From an uncultured Gemmatimonadales bacterium (GTDB lineage: Bacteria; Actinomycetota; Acidimicrobiia; Spongiisociales; UBA5794), in assembly GCA_964195945.1 (NCBI GenBank), contig CAXMRC010000201.1:12652-76651 (forward strand): a DNA stretch of 64,000 nucleotides. Reading direction: 5' to 3'. Made by a program: the position numbers and the translations under genes. The notes below the pieces were generated by a model. That model saw only the letters and a list, made by a program, of their open reading frames with translations. It did not search any database and had not been told where the DNA came from. This document shows positions 9,528-20,859 of the stretch, piece by piece. Each line of letters begins with the position of its first letter. Position 1 is the first letter of the stretch.

Positions 9528-10715
9528 CTATCGATCGCGAGGTTTCTTGACGTCACCGGGCATCAATGACGCAGGGAACACAGCCTCGTCGCCGAATCGT
9601 TCACGGACCTCTTCCACAGCTCCGGCCGCAACATCCCGCGGCCGATCGGCAAGCGACAGCTGACGTGGAGTTGCCGGGTCAACCAGTGCAGAGACGCCGA
9701 TGCCGAGAAGCCGCACGCCACGCCCGGCACGATCAACCCGTCCGACGAGCGTACGAGCCACATCCCACAATGCAGGTGTTCTCTCGAGGGGATCGTCGAC
9801 GGTCAGCGACCGGGTCAATGTCTCGAAATCGCCGAACCTGATCTTGAACGAAATGGTGTGGCCTGCGCAACCGGCGCGACGGAGACGCGAAGACAACCGA
9901 TCGCAAAGCCGCAGCATCGCCTGCTCGATGTCCTTGTCCGACAGCAGGTCTTGTGCATAAGTTTCTTCCACCGAAACCGATTTTGCTCCGCCTCCCGGCT
10001 CGACCTCTCTCCGATCAAGACCGGACGCGAGCTGACTGAGATGCTGGGCGAGGCTCGGGCCGAGGCGGGAAACAAGAACTCCCTCGGGAACGCCAGCAAG
10101 ATCGCCGATTGTTTGGATTCCTAGCCCTTCCAAACTGGCGCGCGTGGCCTCTCCGACGCCCCACAGACGACGAACCGGCATAGGGTGGAGAAACCCCAAC
10201 TCTTCCCCCGCCGCAACTACAAGGAGGCCATCCGGCTTGGCGGCGTCCGACGCAAGTTTCGATATGAACTTCACTGCGGAGATGCCGACCGAGGCGGGTA
10301 GGCCCAGCTCGACACCGATCCGGGCTCTGAGCTCGTTTCCCGCGGCGGCCGGACTCGCAAAGTGGAGCCGAAGACCGGAGATGTCCAGAAACGCTTCATC
10401 AACAGAGAGACCCTCGACCAAAGGGCTGAAAGAACGAAAAACTTCAAACACACGTTGTGAAACATCTCCGTAGGCGTTGTGGTCGGGCGGCAAAAAGCGG
10501 GCACGGGGGCATAGGCGCCGAGCTTCACCGATTGGCATTGCCGAATGCACCCCCACCGCCCTGGCCTCGTAGGACGCCGAGGCCACCACGCCGCGCCGAC
10601 CCAATCCTCCAACGACAACGGGTACGCCAACCAACGACGGATCCCGTAGCCGCTCCACCTCCACGAAGAACGCATCCATGTCGATGTGAAGAAAACGTTC
10701 CGCAAACTTCCTCAT
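9528..10715 (-). CDS. dinB: DNA polymerase IV (Y-family translesion polymerase)
   Basis: FLHIDMDAFFVEVE...SASYEARAVGVHSAMP...VSVDEAFLDISG. The ORF opens at 10889, but the conserved N-terminus starts at MRKFAERFLHIDMDAFF. Confidence 0.9.
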   Translation of the reverse strand: MRKFAERFLHIDMDAFFVEVERLRDPSLVGVPVVVGGLGRRGVVASASYEARAVGVHSAMPIGEARRLCPRARFLPPDHNAYGDVSQRVFEVFRSFSPLVEGLSVDEAFLDISGLRLHFASPAAAGNELRARIGVELGLPASVGISAVKFISKLASDAAKPDGLLVVAAGEELGFLHPMPVRRLWGVGEATRASLEGLGIQTIGDLAGVPEGVLVSRLGPSLAQHLSQLASGLDRREVEPGGGAKSVSVEETYAQDLLSDKDIEQAMLRLCDRLSSRLRRAGCAGHTISFKIRFGDFETLTRSLTVDDPLERTPALWDVARTLVGRVDRAGRGVRLLGIGVSALVDPATPRQLSLADRPRDVAAGAVEEVRERFGDEAVFPASLMPGDVKKPRDR

Positions 10716-10787
10716 CCCGTCACCGTACTCCGTTCGCATCCATGGGTTGGTCCGACGGCTACCGAAACGTGTGGGAAACTGCATCCA

Positions 10788-11384
10788 ATGCGAATCCATC
10801 TCATCAGACACGGCGAAGTTCACAACCCGGACGACCTGGTCTACGCCGATCTCCCTGGGTTCACGCTCTCGGAGCAGGGTAAGAAGCAAGCCGCGGCAAC
10901 TGCAGCCCGGCTTGCCGAGACCAACCTTGCGGCCATCGTGTCGTCGCCTCTCGAACGAGCCATCGCCACCGCTTTCGCCATATCGGAACAGAACGGAGCG
11001 ACCGTCAGTACCGACCAGCGTCTCACCGAATGGAAGCTCGCGACAAGGTGGGCCAGCGTGCGGTGGACATCGCTGCCCGAGGTGTTCCCCGGCGAACTCG
11101 AAGCGTATCTACAACACCCAACTGATCTTGCCTTCTCACCGGAGTCGCTGAACGAGATGGCAAGGCGGGTCGCATCGGTCGTCTGCGATTGGGCGCAGCA
11201 AGGCGGGCCCGCCGACATAGCGTTCATATCGCATCAAGATCCGATCCACGGTGCCAGCCGCGTCCTCACCGGAACGGGCTTTGACGACTATCACACAGGC
11301 AAGCCGGAGCACTGCTCAGTGTTGACCCTCACCTCAGATGGCGGGCTATGGACCGCCACGGACTATTGGGCGCCTGAGCAGTGA
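10788..11384 (+). CDS. Histidine phosphatase family protein (phosphoglycerate mutase-like)
   Basis: MRIHLIRHGEVHNPDD (RHGE catalytic motif), ...SSPLERAIATA... The ORF opens at 10686. Confidence 0.7.
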   Translation: MRIHLIRHGEVHNPDDLVYADLPGFTLSEQGKKQAAATAARLAETNLAAIVSSPLERAIATAFAISEQNGATVSTDQRLTEWKLATRWASVRWTSLPEVFPGELEAYLQHPTDLAFSPESLNEMARRVASVVCDWAQQGGPADIAFISHQDPIHGASRVLTGTGFDDYHTGKPEHCSVLTLTSDGGLWTATDYWAPEQ

Positions 11385-11451
11385 ACCACTACTGAATCAC
11401 CCATCGAGGATTGCGCACTACACTGCCGAACCGACGAGTTCGAGGAGAGAC

Positions 11452-11865
11452 GTGCGAGCACGCTGGGTCATGGTGACCGCCATCATTGCGCTTCTGTTTA
11501 GCGCCTGCGCTAGTGGTCCTTCGGACGCTGCGTTGGAGTCCGGCAAGGTCCCTGTGTCGACCACCACAACGGAACCACCTCCTGTAGGCATCACCGTTGT
11601 CATTATCGAAAGTGGACGGTTCCGTCCATCGAATCTCAAACTCGATCTTGCCGAAACATGGATCGTGGAGTGGCGTCACGAAGACGTTCCCGAGCGGGAA
11701 TACACCCTCGAGGCTCGCAACGGTGAATTCACCAGCGAATTGCTGACCCCTGGAGATACGTTCCAGGTCGACTTCTCGCAGTTGGAACCCGGCATTTATC
11801 GCTACTTCTCATTCCTCGGCAACAACCGGATCCCGGGTTCCATCGACACCCGGCCCGAGCAGTAA
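11452..11865 (+). CDS. Lipoprotein with cupredoxin-like C-terminal domain lacking the Cys/His/Met copper ligands
   Basis: GTG start with GAGGAGAG RBS. Lipobox LLFSAC. C-terminal EPGIYRYFSFLGNNRIPGSI resembles the plastocyanin EPGxYxYxCxxHxxM loop with the ligands substituted. Confidence 0.55.
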   Translation: MRARWVMVTAIIALLFSACASGPSDAALESGKVPVSTTTTEPPPVGITVVIIESGRFRPSNLKLDLAETWIVEWRHEDVPEREYTLEARNGEFTSELLTPGDTFQVDFSQLEPGIYRYFSFLGNNRIPGSIDTRPEQ

Positions 11866-11887
11866 CCGCTCCCCCGGAGATGCCGCC

Positions 11888-12577
11888 GTGTTCCGTATGC
11901 CATTCTTGATTGCAGCCACGGTCATGGCCACAGGCTTGGCGTGGACCGTTCATCTCGTAGTTGCACCCGACCCATGGGCGCCTGATTCAGCGCTAGCCAT
12001 TGCCATTGGCATCCTGGTGTTGAGCATCGTCGCCATGACCGCCCTTTTGTTGGGTCGAGGGCGATGGACCCGATACTTTGCGATGGGCGTTGTAGTTGCC
12101 GAGCTTTTGATTGCCGCCGTCGGTGAATATGAAGGATGGCTTGTAGCTGGCGTCGCTTTGAGTGGTCTCAGCCTCGCCGGTCTGGGCGGTCCGTGGTTCA
12201 AAGGCTGGCTTAGGGAACAACCGGCCGCAGGGTCCCCAGGCGGTCAACCAATCGCCCTCGCCATTGGTGCGTTTGCGGTGGTGCCACTTGTGGGACTCGC
12301 CGCGCCGGACGGTTTGGAGGCTGCCCACGGCGTTGCCGGTGCGCTGGGGATACTGCTCAGCTGGGGCTATATGAAGGGCAGAGTCTGGGCCTTGCTCAGT
12401 CTTCGCTTCGTCATGCCGGTGGTGATGATTGTCGCCGCGATCAGTTCTTCGATAGTGGGAGCCATCGTGCTGATTGCGGGCGGCGCCGCTCTCGCCTACC
12501 TTGCGTGGTCCCCGGAGGCACGGCTGGCGGTTGACCCGCTGCCCGAACTGCCGGCACCGCGACGGAGACGCCCATGA
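11888..12577 (+). CDS. Hypothetical polytopic membrane protein
   Basis: About 6 predicted TM helices with Ala/Leu/Gly-rich hydrophobic segments. Overlaps the next gene by 4 nt. Confidence 0.5.
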   Translation: MFRMPFLIAATVMATGLAWTVHLVVAPDPWAPDSALAIAIGILVLSIVAMTALLLGRGRWTRYFAMGVVVAELLIAAVGEYEGWLVAGVALSGLSLAGLGGPWFKGWLREQPAAGSPGGQPIALAIGAFAVVPLVGLAAPDGLEAAHGVAGALGILLSWGYMKGRVWALLSLRFVMPVVMIVAAISSSIVGAIVLIAGGAALAYLAWSPEARLAVDPLPELPAPRRRRP

Positions 12578-13005
12578 GCAACGCAACAGTCCCGCTGAGC
12601 CGGCAACTCCGGATCGCCGCGTCCTTAGCCGGGGGCGGGATAGCGGGGTGGCTCATTGGTCAAAGCCTGACTTGGGGAACCGTTGGTGCGGTCGTCGGTC
12701 TCGGGGTGGCAATCATGATCTTGGTCTATCGCATCCGCCCCATCGTCGCCGCCCCCGTCGGGATTGGAGCGGGGATCGGTGCCTATCTAGGAGGGACCAT
12801 CGTTGGCGTCCTGTGTGAGCCCCGAGGTTGCCCTGCCTTCGAGACTGTTGCGGCAACCACCACCGGCATCGGTGCCTTGGTAGGGATTGGCCTGGTGGTT
12901 GCCCTGGCGACCCGATCTTTTGACGAATACCAGGAAGCTGTCGGTCGCGGAGCCAAGCCACCGACGACCAGCTGCAGCACCACCGAAGGGCAGGAGTCAG
13001 ACTGA
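12574..13005 (+). CDS. Hypothetical membrane protein (GxxxG-rich TM helices)
   Basis: The ATGA overlap with the upstream gene indicates an operon. Three or four hydrophobic segments. Confidence 0.45.
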   Translation: MSNATVPLSRQLRIAASLAGGGIAGWLIGQSLTWGTVGAVVGLGVAIMILVYRIRPIVAAPVGIGAGIGAYLGGTIVGVLCEPRGCPAFETVAATTTGIGALVGIGLVVALATRSFDEYQEAVGRGAKPPTTSCSTTEGQESD

Positions 13006-13013
13006 GCCCGCGG

Positions 13014-14258
13014 TCAGACTGACGAGAACAGCAGCGAGACGTTGTGACCGCCGAAGCCGAACGAATTCGACAGCACCCGCTCGACTTTGGCGTCGCGGGC
13101 CTCGTTGGGAACGTAGTCCAAGTCGCACTCCGGATCAGGGGTTGTGTAATTGATCGTCGGGGGGATCACGCCCTCAGCCAGAGCCTTCAGAGCAATTACC
13201 GCCTCGACCGCGCCTGCCCCGCCCAGCAAGTGTCCCGTCATCGACTTCGTCGACGAGATTGGCAGCCGATAAGCATGATCGCCGAACACCGTCTTGATGG
13301 CGAGTGTCTCGGTAACATCGTTTGCGGGTGTGGAAGTCCCATGGGCGTTGATGTAGTCAACGCTAGAAGCCGGAATGCCGGCATCGTCAAGAGCGCCCTG
13401 CATGGCACGTGCCGCACCTCCGCCGCCGGGTCGCGGGAGCGTGATGTGATAGGCATCCGCTGACATTCCGTACCCGGTCACCTCGCCGTAGATCTTGGCC
13501 CCGCGCCCGGTGGCGTGTTCAAGAGACTCGAGGATCAAGGACCCGGCGCCTTCGCCGAGCAAGAACCCATCACGGTCCTTGTCGAAGGGTCGGCTGGCGC
13601 GTTGTGGATCGTCGTTCCGGGAGCTCAACGCCTTCATGGAGCTAAACCCGCCCATCGCAAAAGCTGTAACCGAGCCCTCCATGCCACCGGCCACCATCAC
13701 GTCGGTGACACCACGGCGGATAATCTCGGCAGCATCCCCAATAGCATTCGCCGAAGCCGCACAAGCGGTAACTGTGCATGTACTGGGGCCGGCGAGGTGG
13801 AAGTCAATCGACACTGCACCGGCAGCCTGATTGCTCATGATCATCGGGATCGCCAATGGTGAGATCCGGCTGGGCCCACGTGCGGCAAGAACCCCCATTT
13901 GCTGCTGGGTGGTGCCAATGCCCCCAATGCCGGTTCCGCACACAACGCCAGCGCGGAGGCTGGCCGGATCGCCATCTTCGAAGACGAGATCCGCATCTTC
14001 CAGCGCCTGCTTCGTCGCGGCCCAGAACAACATGGTGCTCCGATCCAGACGACGCGAATCCTTGCGAGGCATATACACCTCAGGATCGAAGTCCTTGACC
14101 TCAGCAGCAAACTGGGTACCGAGACCCTCAGGGTCGAACAGAGTGATCGGCCCGGCCCCTGACTTTCCGTCGAGAAGCGCTTTCCAGAAGTCGTCCACAT
14201 TGTGAGCCAGAGGATTGACCGTGCCCATCCCCGTGACTACTACTCGGCGCCGATGCAT
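13014..14258 (-). CDS. fabF: 3-oxoacyl-ACP synthase II (KAS II)
   Basis: [12 protein letters not shown]..., active-site region [11 protein letters not shown], and C-terminal [14 protein letters not shown]. Confidence 0.9.
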   Translation of the reverse strand: MHRRRVVVTGMGTVNPLAHNVDDFWKALLDGKSGAGPITLFDPEGLGTQFAAEVKDFDPEVYMPRKDSRRLDRSTMLFWAATKQALEDADLVFEDGDPASLRAGVVCGTGIGGIGTTQQQMGVLAARGPSRISPLAIPMIMSNQAAGAVSIDFHLAGPSTCTVTACAASANAIGDAAEIIRRGVTDVMVAGGMEGSVTAFAMGGFSSMKALSSRNDDPQRASRPFDKDRDGFLLGEGAGSLILESLEHATGRGAKIYGEVTGYGMSADAYHITLPRPGGGGAARAMQGALDDAGIPASSVDYINAHGTSTPANDVTETLAIKTVFGDHAYRLPISSTKSMTGHLLGGAGAVEAVIALKALAEGVIPPTINYTTPDPECDLDYVPNEARDAKVERVLSNSFGFGGHNVSLLFSSV

Positions 14259-14262
14259 GCTG

Positions 14263-14508
14263 CTACCCGTTCAGTTTCTGGCTGACCAGGTCGGCAGCTT
14301 CGCCAACAGTTGTGATCTTTTCCGCTTCTTCATCGGGAATCTTCACATCAAAGTTGTCTTCGAGGGCCATGAGCAGTTCCACAACACCCAGCGAGTCGAC
14401 GTCCAGGTCTTCCTCGAATTTCGCTTCCATCGTGATGTCATCTCGCTCAAGACCAAGCTCGTCCACAAGCAAGTCAGTCAGTTTGGCTTCGATTTGGGAT
14501 CGTTCCAT
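14263..14508 (-). CDS. acpP: Acyl carrier protein
   Basis: [34 protein letters not shown], with the DSL phosphopantetheine attachment motif. Confidence 0.9.
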   Translation of the reverse strand: MERSQIEAKLTDLLVDELGLERDDITMEAKFEEDLDVDSLGVVELLMALEDNFDVKIPDEEAEKITTVGEAADLVSQKLNG

Positions 14509-14525
14509 GGCTAGTGCCTTCCTGG

Positions 14526-15275
14526 TCAAAGAGCCAGGCCACCGTCAACAACGATGGTCTGACCCGTTATGTACGACGCATCTTCGGATGCAAGATAGCC
14601 CACGGCCGACGCGACTTCCTCTGGAAGCCCAAGGCGTCCCAAAGTTATCTTCTCCGCGGCTGCGTTTGTGACATCGTCACCAAGAGCAGCCGTCATGTCA
14701 GTAGCGATGAAACCAGGGGCCACCGCGTTAACAGTGATACCTCTCGACCCGATTTCCTTCGCAAGCGACATCGTGAAACCGATGACACCCGCCTTGGCAG
14801 CTGCATAGTTGGCCTGGCCGGGGTTGCCGTACACGCCTGCGACCGAACTCAAGCTGATGATGCGACCCCAGCGCCCCCGCAACATCCCTCTCATCACACC
14901 CTTTGAACACAGAAACACCGATCTGAGATTGGTCTGCATGACGACGTCCCAGGCATCGGGCTTCATCCGCATCAGAAGATCGTCGCGGGTAATACCAGCA
15001 TTGTTAACCAGAATCTCGATGGGCCCGAGCTTCTCTTGAACCTCGGCCATCACGGCAGCAACGGCTGCTTCGTCGCCAACATCGCCTTTGACTGCGACTG
15101 CGGTCCCACCCGCCGCCTCGATGGCGGAGACAACCTCGGTCGCCGCCGCTTCGTTCGATACGAAGTTGATAGCCACTCTGTGGCCATGGGAAGCAAGGAG
15201 TTCTGCAATCGATCGGCCGATTCCACGGGAACTACCGGTGACGAGAGCGACCCGCGATGTGACGTCACTCATCAA
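14526..15275 (-). CDS. fabG: 3-oxoacyl-ACP reductase (SDR)
   Basis: [19 protein letters not shown], catalytic S...Y..AK ([10 protein letters not shown]). Confidence 0.9.
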   Translation of the reverse strand: MMSDVTSRVALVTGSSRGIGRSIAELLASHGHRVAINFVSNEAAATEVVSAIEAAGGTAVAVKGDVGDEAAVAAVMAEVQEKLGPIEILVNNAGITRDDLLMRMKPDAWDVVMQTNLRSVFLCSKGVMRGMLRGRWGRIISLSSVAGVYGNPGQANYAAAKAGVIGFTMSLAKEIGSRGITVNAVAPGFIATDMTAALGDDVTNAAAEKITLGRLGLPEEVASAVGYLASEDASYITGQTIVVDGGLAL

Positions 15276-16333
15276 ACGCCAAGACCCTGGACGCGGTCGG
15301 CAAGGAGTTCAAGACCGGTCTTGTCGGTACCGGGCAGCCCGTGCTCCGCTGTACCAAGACGCGTGACTCGATCTCCCCAGCGCACTGCCGCCGCCCCCCA
15401 CGTGAGACCGCCACCAAAAGCGACCAAGGCGACCAGGTCCCCCGGTGCGATGACTCCCTGATCAAGAGCCTCTGAAAGCGCGATCGGAATACTCGCCGCA
15501 GATGTGTTGCCGTATGCGTGGATGTTGGTGTAGACCTTGTCCGACTCGACCTTGAGCCGCTTGGCGGTGGCATCGATGATCCTGATGTTGGCCTGATGCG
15601 AGATCAGAATATCGATGTCATCGACGGAAAGACCAGCTGACTCAATCGCGGTAGTCGCTCCTTCGGCCATACGGGTGACTGCGTGGCGGAAGATCTCACG
15701 ACCCTCCATATCGACGGTCAGCGGGATAGAGGAGTCAAATGCCCGCTCGGTGCCGCCGCCACGAATCGTCAGTATTTCGGTAAGGCTTCCATCGGAGTGC
15801 AGATTTGATGCCAGCACTCCGTCCGTGCCGTCCGTAGCTTCTACGACCACAGCTCCCGCACCGTCGCCAAAGAGAACTGCGGTCGTGCGATCGGTTAGAT
15901 CCAGATAAGAGGAAAGTCGCTCCGCCCCGATAACGAGCGCCCTGTTGACGGTCCCAGCGGCAATCATGCCATTAGCCACACTTAAGGCGTACACGAACCC
16001 GGTGCACGCAGCGTTCAGGTCCATTGTCGCCCCGAGCCCACCCAGCTCCCGCTGCACGTAGGCAGCGACCGACGGTAAGGCCCGATCCGGACTGCAGGTA
16101 GCGACGATGATGAGATCGATATCGGTCGCGCTGAAGCCAGCGGCAGCAAGAGCGTGCCGAGACGCGGCAGTTGCCATTTCCGCGTTGGACACGTGGCTGA
16201 TTCGCCGCTCCTTGATCCCGCTTCGAGTAGTAACCCACTCGTCGTTGGTATCAATGACCGTTTCGAGATCGGTGTTACTAAGAACGGCTGGCGGCGTATA
16301 CGCGCCCCAGCCGACGATGGTTGCATGCCGCAT
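15272..16333 (-). CDS. fabH: 3-oxoacyl-ACP synthase III (KAS III)
   Basis: GWGAYTPP...[14 protein letters not shown]..., C-A-G active-site region [10 protein letters not shown], and C-terminal [16 protein letters not shown]. Confidence 0.9.
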   Translation of the reverse strand: MRHATIVGWGAYTPPAVLSNTDLETVIDTNDEWVTTRSGIKERRISHVSNAEMATAASRHALAAAGFSATDIDLIIVATCSPDRALPSVAAYVQRELGGLGATMDLNAACTGFVYALSVANGMIAAGTVNRALVIGAERLSSYLDLTDRTTAVLFGDGAGAVVVEATDGTDGVLASNLHSDGSLTEILTIRGGGTERAFDSSIPLTVDMEGREIFRHAVTRMAEGATTAIESAGLSVDDIDILISHQANIRIIDATAKRLKVESDKVYTNIHAYGNTSAASIPIALSEALDQGVIAPGDLVALVAFGGGLTWGAAAVRWGDRVTRLGTAEHGLPGTDKTGLELLADRVQGLGV

Positions 16334-16352
16334 CAGGCTCCCTTCCAGAAAC

Positions 16353-17279
16353 TCATACTACGGCCAGCTCCCCTACAGCCGCGCCGATGTTGTCGAGCGA
16401 CGACACGGTAATGACAGTTGCACCCTTAACGGTGCGTTTCGCCATACCAGCAGTCACATCACCCGGGCCGATGTGGACAAACGCCTCGACACCGGCGTCT
16501 GCCATCGCCAATAACGATTCGCTAAACCGGACCTTGCCGACAAGCTGACCTGCCAGAGAACCAGCGATGTCTGACGCTGGCTCCGCCCCGACGTTCGACC
16601 ACACGGGAAAAGCGCCGTCGGCAAACTCAACACCCTCGAGGGCCTCCGCAAACTCGCGCCGGGCGCTCTCCATCATGGGCGTGTGAAAGGCACCAGCGAC
16701 GTTCAGTTGGATAACACGCCGGAGTCCCAGGTCCCGAGCGTTCTCGGTGAGGTCGGCAACAGCTAGTTTCGAGCCGGCCACCACGATTTGGCCGGGTGCA
16801 TTGACATTGGCTACCCAAATCTCTGCGCCCGATTCACGCAAGTCAGAGACGACCAACTCGACAGTATCGAGCTCGGCTCCCATCACCGCCGCCATGGATC
16901 CAGATGAGGTTTCGGTCGCTTTGGACATTGCCAGCCCGCGGGCCGCAACAAGACGAAGCCCATCCAGATAGGACAAGGCGCCGGAGGCAGCATGAGCGGT
17001 GTACTCCCCAAGGGAATGGCCAGCGGCGGCAACTGGGGGGTGCGGGGCTTGAACGGCGAACGCCTCCCACAAAGCATATGTGACCCCGTACAGGGCCGGC
17101 TGGGCACGATTAGTCCTCACCAGTTCGCTTTCGGGTCCCGTCGCACATAGAGAGGACAGGGACCAGCCCAATACCTCGTCGGCGGCCGATCCGAGCAAGT
17201 CTGGGCGCATGTCAAAGACGTCGGCGCCCATTCCGACGACCTGACTTCCTTGTCCTGGGAAAAGAACCGCATATCGCAT
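16353..17279 (-). CDS. fabD: Malonyl-CoA:ACP transacylase
   Basis: FPGQGSQ..GMG and GHSLGEY nucleophile-elbow motifs. Confidence 0.9.
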   Translation of the reverse strand: MRYAVLFPGQGSQVVGMGADVFDMRPDLLGSAADEVLGWSLSSLCATGPESELVRTNRAQPALYGVTYALWEAFAVQAPHPPVAAAGHSLGEYTAHAASGALSYLDGLRLVAARGLAMSKATETSSGSMAAVMGAELDTVELVVSDLRESGAEIWVANVNAPGQIVVAGSKLAVADLTENARDLGLRRVIQLNVAGAFHTPMMESARREFAEALEGVEFADGAFPVWSNVGAEPASDIAGSLAGQLVGKVRFSESLLAMADAGVEAFVHIGPGDVTAGMAKRTVKGATVITVSSLDNIGAAVGELAVV

Positions 17280-17341
17280 CGGGTGGTCTGACTCCTGCGT
17301 CGGGCAAACAGTTACGGAGTTACGAAAGGTTTCTTGGCAAT

Positions 17342-18025
17342 ATGCCGAATACGATTGTCATGCGACAATTGTTGGCCACCGCCATTGGGCTTGTTGCTGG
17401 ATTCTGGTTGCTCTCAGGCTGGATCGGAGCAGGTGTGAGCGCCGGGACACCGGTTGTTGTGTTAGCGGCGGACGAAGTCATCCTCCTTCTTCCCCGCTCC
17501 CCTTCGGTCGACCGGATCGTATCCGATCTGCACATGGAACTGCGTAGGGTCGCCGCGGCGACAAACGACCCTCGTATCGCCGATGCCCTAGAAAGGATCG
17601 AAAGCGACCATGGCCTACTCGGGCAAGTAGCCCTGGCGCCGGTCGAGATGTTCGACAACGGGGCAGCGGCAGCTACCGCCACTGCCGTGTATGACATTCA
17701 GCTCGAATCTGAAAGGGTCACCGTTGTCGTCGTCACCGTGGAGTTGGTGCCAGCGTATGGGAACACAGCGAGCACCCGGGAGCATGAGGACGGGCATGCA
17801 CTCATCAACCGGACTCTGGCAAGGCGTTGTGCCGCGGACGCGCTTCAGGTCTCGGTCGAGGCCGGCTATCGGGGCGAATCGCTTATCAGCGGGATGGTTG
17901 CGTATCTCGTTGGCTCAAGCAGCCCCGTACACACCGCCTATCACGAGTACGTTTCGTCAGCCAGATATGGCGAGCATATTCGGTATGCACGGCAAGCCGT
18001 GACCGACGTGGCCGGATGTAGCTAG
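17342..18025 (+). CDS. Hypothetical membrane-anchored protein with an HExxH (HEDGH) zinc-binding-like motif
   Basis: N-terminal TM helix, then a soluble domain containing [13 protein letters not shown]. Divergent from fabD. The convergent overlap with ltaE is 4 nt. Confidence 0.45.
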   Translation: MPNTIVMRQLLATAIGLVAGFWLLSGWIGAGVSAGTPVVVLAADEVILLLPRSPSVDRIVSDLHMELRRVAAATNDPRIADALERIESDHGLLGQVALAPVEMFDNGAAAATATAVYDIQLESERVTVVVVTVELVPAYGNTASTREHEDGHALINRTLARRCAADALQVSVEAGYRGESLISGMVAYLVGSSSPVHTAYHEYVSSARYGEHIRYARQAVTDVAGCS

Positions 18026-19068
18026 GAGTCTGCGCGCAACGAGTCAGCCACGGCGAGCGCTCGATCCACGTCAGCAGAGTCGACGTTGTGATGGGTGCAG
18101 AACCGCAACACCCCCGGCACTATCAACGCGGTAAGCACGCCGGCATCTTGTAGGGCTGCCATGAACTGCGCCGCGGACCAAGGCAACCCCTCGTCACGGA
18201 GGACCACCATGTTCGTCTTGACCGCAGCGGCGTCGACTGCTTCCGGGAAACGGTCGGCAAACCCGTCGGCAAGCCGCTTGGCGTTCACGTGATCATCAAC
18301 CATCCGGTCACGATCGTCGATCGCCACCTTTGCCGCGGCTGCAATTACACCAGCCTGCCGCATCGAGCCACCGAGGCGCGAGCGAAGCCCGCGAGCCTCA
18401 CCGACAAAGTCTGCAGCGCCGGCAAGCATCGAGCCAACGGGTGCGCCCAAACCTTTCGAGAAGCAAAACATCACGCTGTCCGCAGGACCCGCGATCTCGG
18501 CAGCCGCGACACCGGTAGCGGCCACCGCATTCCACAAGCGCGCCCCATCAAGGTGAACGCTGAGACCAACCGCGTGGGCGTAGTCGGATCCGGCTTTGAG
18601 CACGTTCTGTGGCACAACAGTGCCTCCAGATACGTTGTGGGTGTTCTCCCACGACAGCAAGCTGACCCTTGGCAAATGATATGTAGTCCCCGCCGCCGCC
18701 GCCCGAATGGCGTCCAGCGTCATCTCGCCGTTGCGGCTGGCGACGGTGCGGAAAGACACTCCGAAATTTGCGGATGCTCCCCCGTGCTCGTAATTGCGAA
18801 CATGCGCCGTTTCAACACACACGACCTCATCGCCCGGCCGGGTGTGGGTGCCGATCGCAAGTTGGTTAGCCATGGTCCCCGACGGTGTGAAGATCGCAGC
18901 TTCCTTGCCGAGCAAATCAGCGACTTCATCTTGCAGAGCGTTGACCGTCGGGTCTTCGCCGTAAACGTCGTCGCCAACCGGAGCGGCAGCCATGGCAGCC
19001 CGCATCGCATCGGTTGGGTGAGTAACTGTGTCCGACCGGAAATCGGCCCGCCCGTTTGAGAATGCCAC
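18022..19068 (-). CDS. ltaE: Low-specificity L-threonine aldolase (PLP-dependent)
   Basis: [12 protein letters not shown]...[10 protein letters not shown]; PLP-lysine region [13 protein letters not shown]. Confidence 0.8.
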   Translation of the reverse strand: MAFSNGRADFRSDTVTHPTDAMRAAMAAAPVGDDVYGEDPTVNALQDEVADLLGKEAAIFTPSGTMANQLAIGTHTRPGDEVVCVETAHVRNYEHGGASANFGVSFRTVASRNGEMTLDAIRAAAAGTTYHLPRVSLLSWENTHNVSGGTVVPQNVLKAGSDYAHAVGLSVHLDGARLWNAVAATGVAAAEIAGPADSVMFCFSKGLGAPVGSMLAGAADFVGEARGLRSRLGGSMRQAGVIAAAAKVAIDDRDRMVDDHVNAKRLADGFADRFPEAVDAAAVKTNMVVLRDEGLPWSAAQFMAALQDAGVLTALIVPGVLRFCTHHNVDSADVDRALAVADSLRADS

Positions 19069-19070
19069 GG

Positions 19071-20252
19071 TTATACCGCCGTCAACTTGTCGAGAGCCCT
19101 ACGGATCCCGCGAACGGCCTGCCCGACGCGATGTTCGTTTTCAACCAGGGCAAAACGGACAAATCCCTCTCCACTTGGGCCAAAACCGATGCCGGGGCTC
19201 ACCGCGACTTTTGCTTCCCGAAGCAGGTAAACCGTAAAGTCGAACGACTTCATGTGACTGTATTCCTGCGGGATTTTCGCCCACACAAACATCGTCCCCA
19301 ACGGCTTTTCGATAGGCCAGCCAGCCCGGTTCAAGCCATCGACCAAGACGTCGCGACGCTTCTTGTAGACCTCTTGCACCTCGAGTACATGCTCATCGCC
19401 TTCGTTGAGAGCCACGATCGATGCGATTTGGATCGGCTGAAACGTGCCGTAGTCCAGGTATGACTTCAGTTTCGCCAGGGCCCCAACCATCTCGGAGTTC
19501 CCGACGACGAACCCGACCCGCCAGCCTGCCATGGAGTGGCCTTTGGTCAAGGTATACAACTCGACGCCAACATCTTTGGCGCCCGGTACCTGCAGCATGC
19601 TCGGCGCCTTGTAGCCGTCGAACGTGATATCGGCGTAGGCGAAATCGTGCACCAACATCACGTCGTGCTCTTTGGCGAAGGCGACCAGTCGCTCGAAGAA
19701 CTCAAGTTCCACAGTCTTGGTGGTCGGGTTGTGTGGGAATGACGTGATGATTACTCGGGGACGTGGCCACGAGTCCAGGAACGCCTCATGAAGATGCTCG
19801 AAATAGTCCGTTCGGTGCAGCACCGGGACCCGGCGGGCCTCGGCACCGGCCAGGGCTGCGGCGTAGATATGAATGGGATACGACGGTTCCGGCACCAGAG
19901 CGACGTCGCCTGGCTGGACCAAAGTCCACATCAGATGCGATAGGCCTTCCTTGGCACCGATCGTGTTGATCGCCTCCGTCTCCGGGTCGATCTCGACGCC
20001 AAACCGTCTTGCATACCGATCGGCGATCGCCTTGCGAAGATTCGGAATCCCCCGGGAGGCGGAGTAGCGGTGATTGCGCTCGTTGGCAGCCGACTCGGCA
20101 AGCTTGTCAACGACGAATTTCGGCGTCGGTATGTCCGGATTGCCAAAGCCAAGGTCGACGATGTCCTCGCCCGCTCTTCTTGCTTCAAGCTTGAGTTGGT
20201 TTACCTCGGCGAACACGTACGGCGGAAGGTTGTTGATTCTTCGAAAATCCAT
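19071..20252 (-). CDS. PLP-dependent aminotransferase class I (alanine/aspartate aminotransferase family)
   Basis: [10 protein letters not shown]...GFGNPD...SFPHNPTT...[16 protein letters not shown] (PLP lysine). Confidence 0.85.
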   Translation of the reverse strand: MDFRRINNLPPYVFAEVNQLKLEARRAGEDIVDLGFGNPDIPTPKFVVDKLAESAANERNHRYSASRGIPNLRKAIADRYARRFGVEIDPETEAINTIGAKEGLSHLMWTLVQPGDVALVPEPSYPIHIYAAALAGAEARRVPVLHRTDYFEHLHEAFLDSWPRPRVIITSFPHNPTTKTVELEFFERLVAFAKEHDVMLVHDFAYADITFDGYKAPSMLQVPGAKDVGVELYTLTKGHSMAGWRVGFVVGNSEMVGALAKLKSYLDYGTFQPIQIASIVALNEGDEHVLEVQEVYKKRRDVLVDGLNRAGWPIEKPLGTMFVWAKIPQEYSHMKSFDFTVYLLREAKVAVSPGIGFGPSGEGFVRFALVENEHRVGQAVRGIRRALDKLTAV

Positions 20253-20321
20253 GATCAGGTGAGAGTAGCCGGGGATGAGCGAGGTGCAGCTCTTCTGGAT
20301 CCGCTGCGGCCAACGCCGCGG

Positions 20322-20816
20322 CTAACGCCGATTCACCAGACGGCGGAGACGATCCGGGAGCATCTCAACTCCCCAGGCCGCGATACCGCGGACCAGTTCC
20401 AAACCATCTTCGGAACCATCCCACCATTCCTCTATGACCTCCGGTGGGCTGGCCTGGAGTAGGTAGTCGATAGCGAAAGCGAGCACGAGAAGATCGTCGA
20501 CGCTGCCCAGCACCGGAACAAAGTCAGGAATGATGTCGATGGGAGACGCAATGTATGCCCCCACCAGCGTCATCGCGAGCCGGCGTTTGCGAGGCACCCG
20601 CTTGTCACGGAGCAGCCGATACAGCAGCTTGGCGAGATTCGGAACGAGGAGAACCGCCTCTTTCAGCATCTCCTGGCGGCTGCGCATCGGAACCGGGTGA
20701 GTTGTGTCGAGCGGGTGCCGAACCAACGCCAAAGTGGCGTCACCTAGCTCAGGCTCGCCAGCGACCTCTGGCTGGTTGTCCGCTCTATCGGGCATCGGAA
20801 TGATTTCACCGTCCAT
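20322..20816 (-). CDS. DUF1232 (YkvA-like) membrane protein
   Basis: IDIIPDFVPVLGSVDDLLVLAFAIDYL signature. Confidence 0.65.
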   Translation of the reverse strand: MDGEIIPMPDRADNQPEVAGEPELGDATLALVRHPLDTTHPVPMRSRQEMLKEAVLLVPNLAKLLYRLLRDKRVPRKRRLAMTLVGAYIASPIDIIPDFVPVLGSVDDLLVLAFAIDYLLQASPPEVIEEWWDGSEDGLELVRGIAAWGVEMLPDRLRRLVNRR

Positions 20817-20859
20817 ACGGCAAGCCTAACCCTCGATCGATGTGATCAAGGCCGGAACT

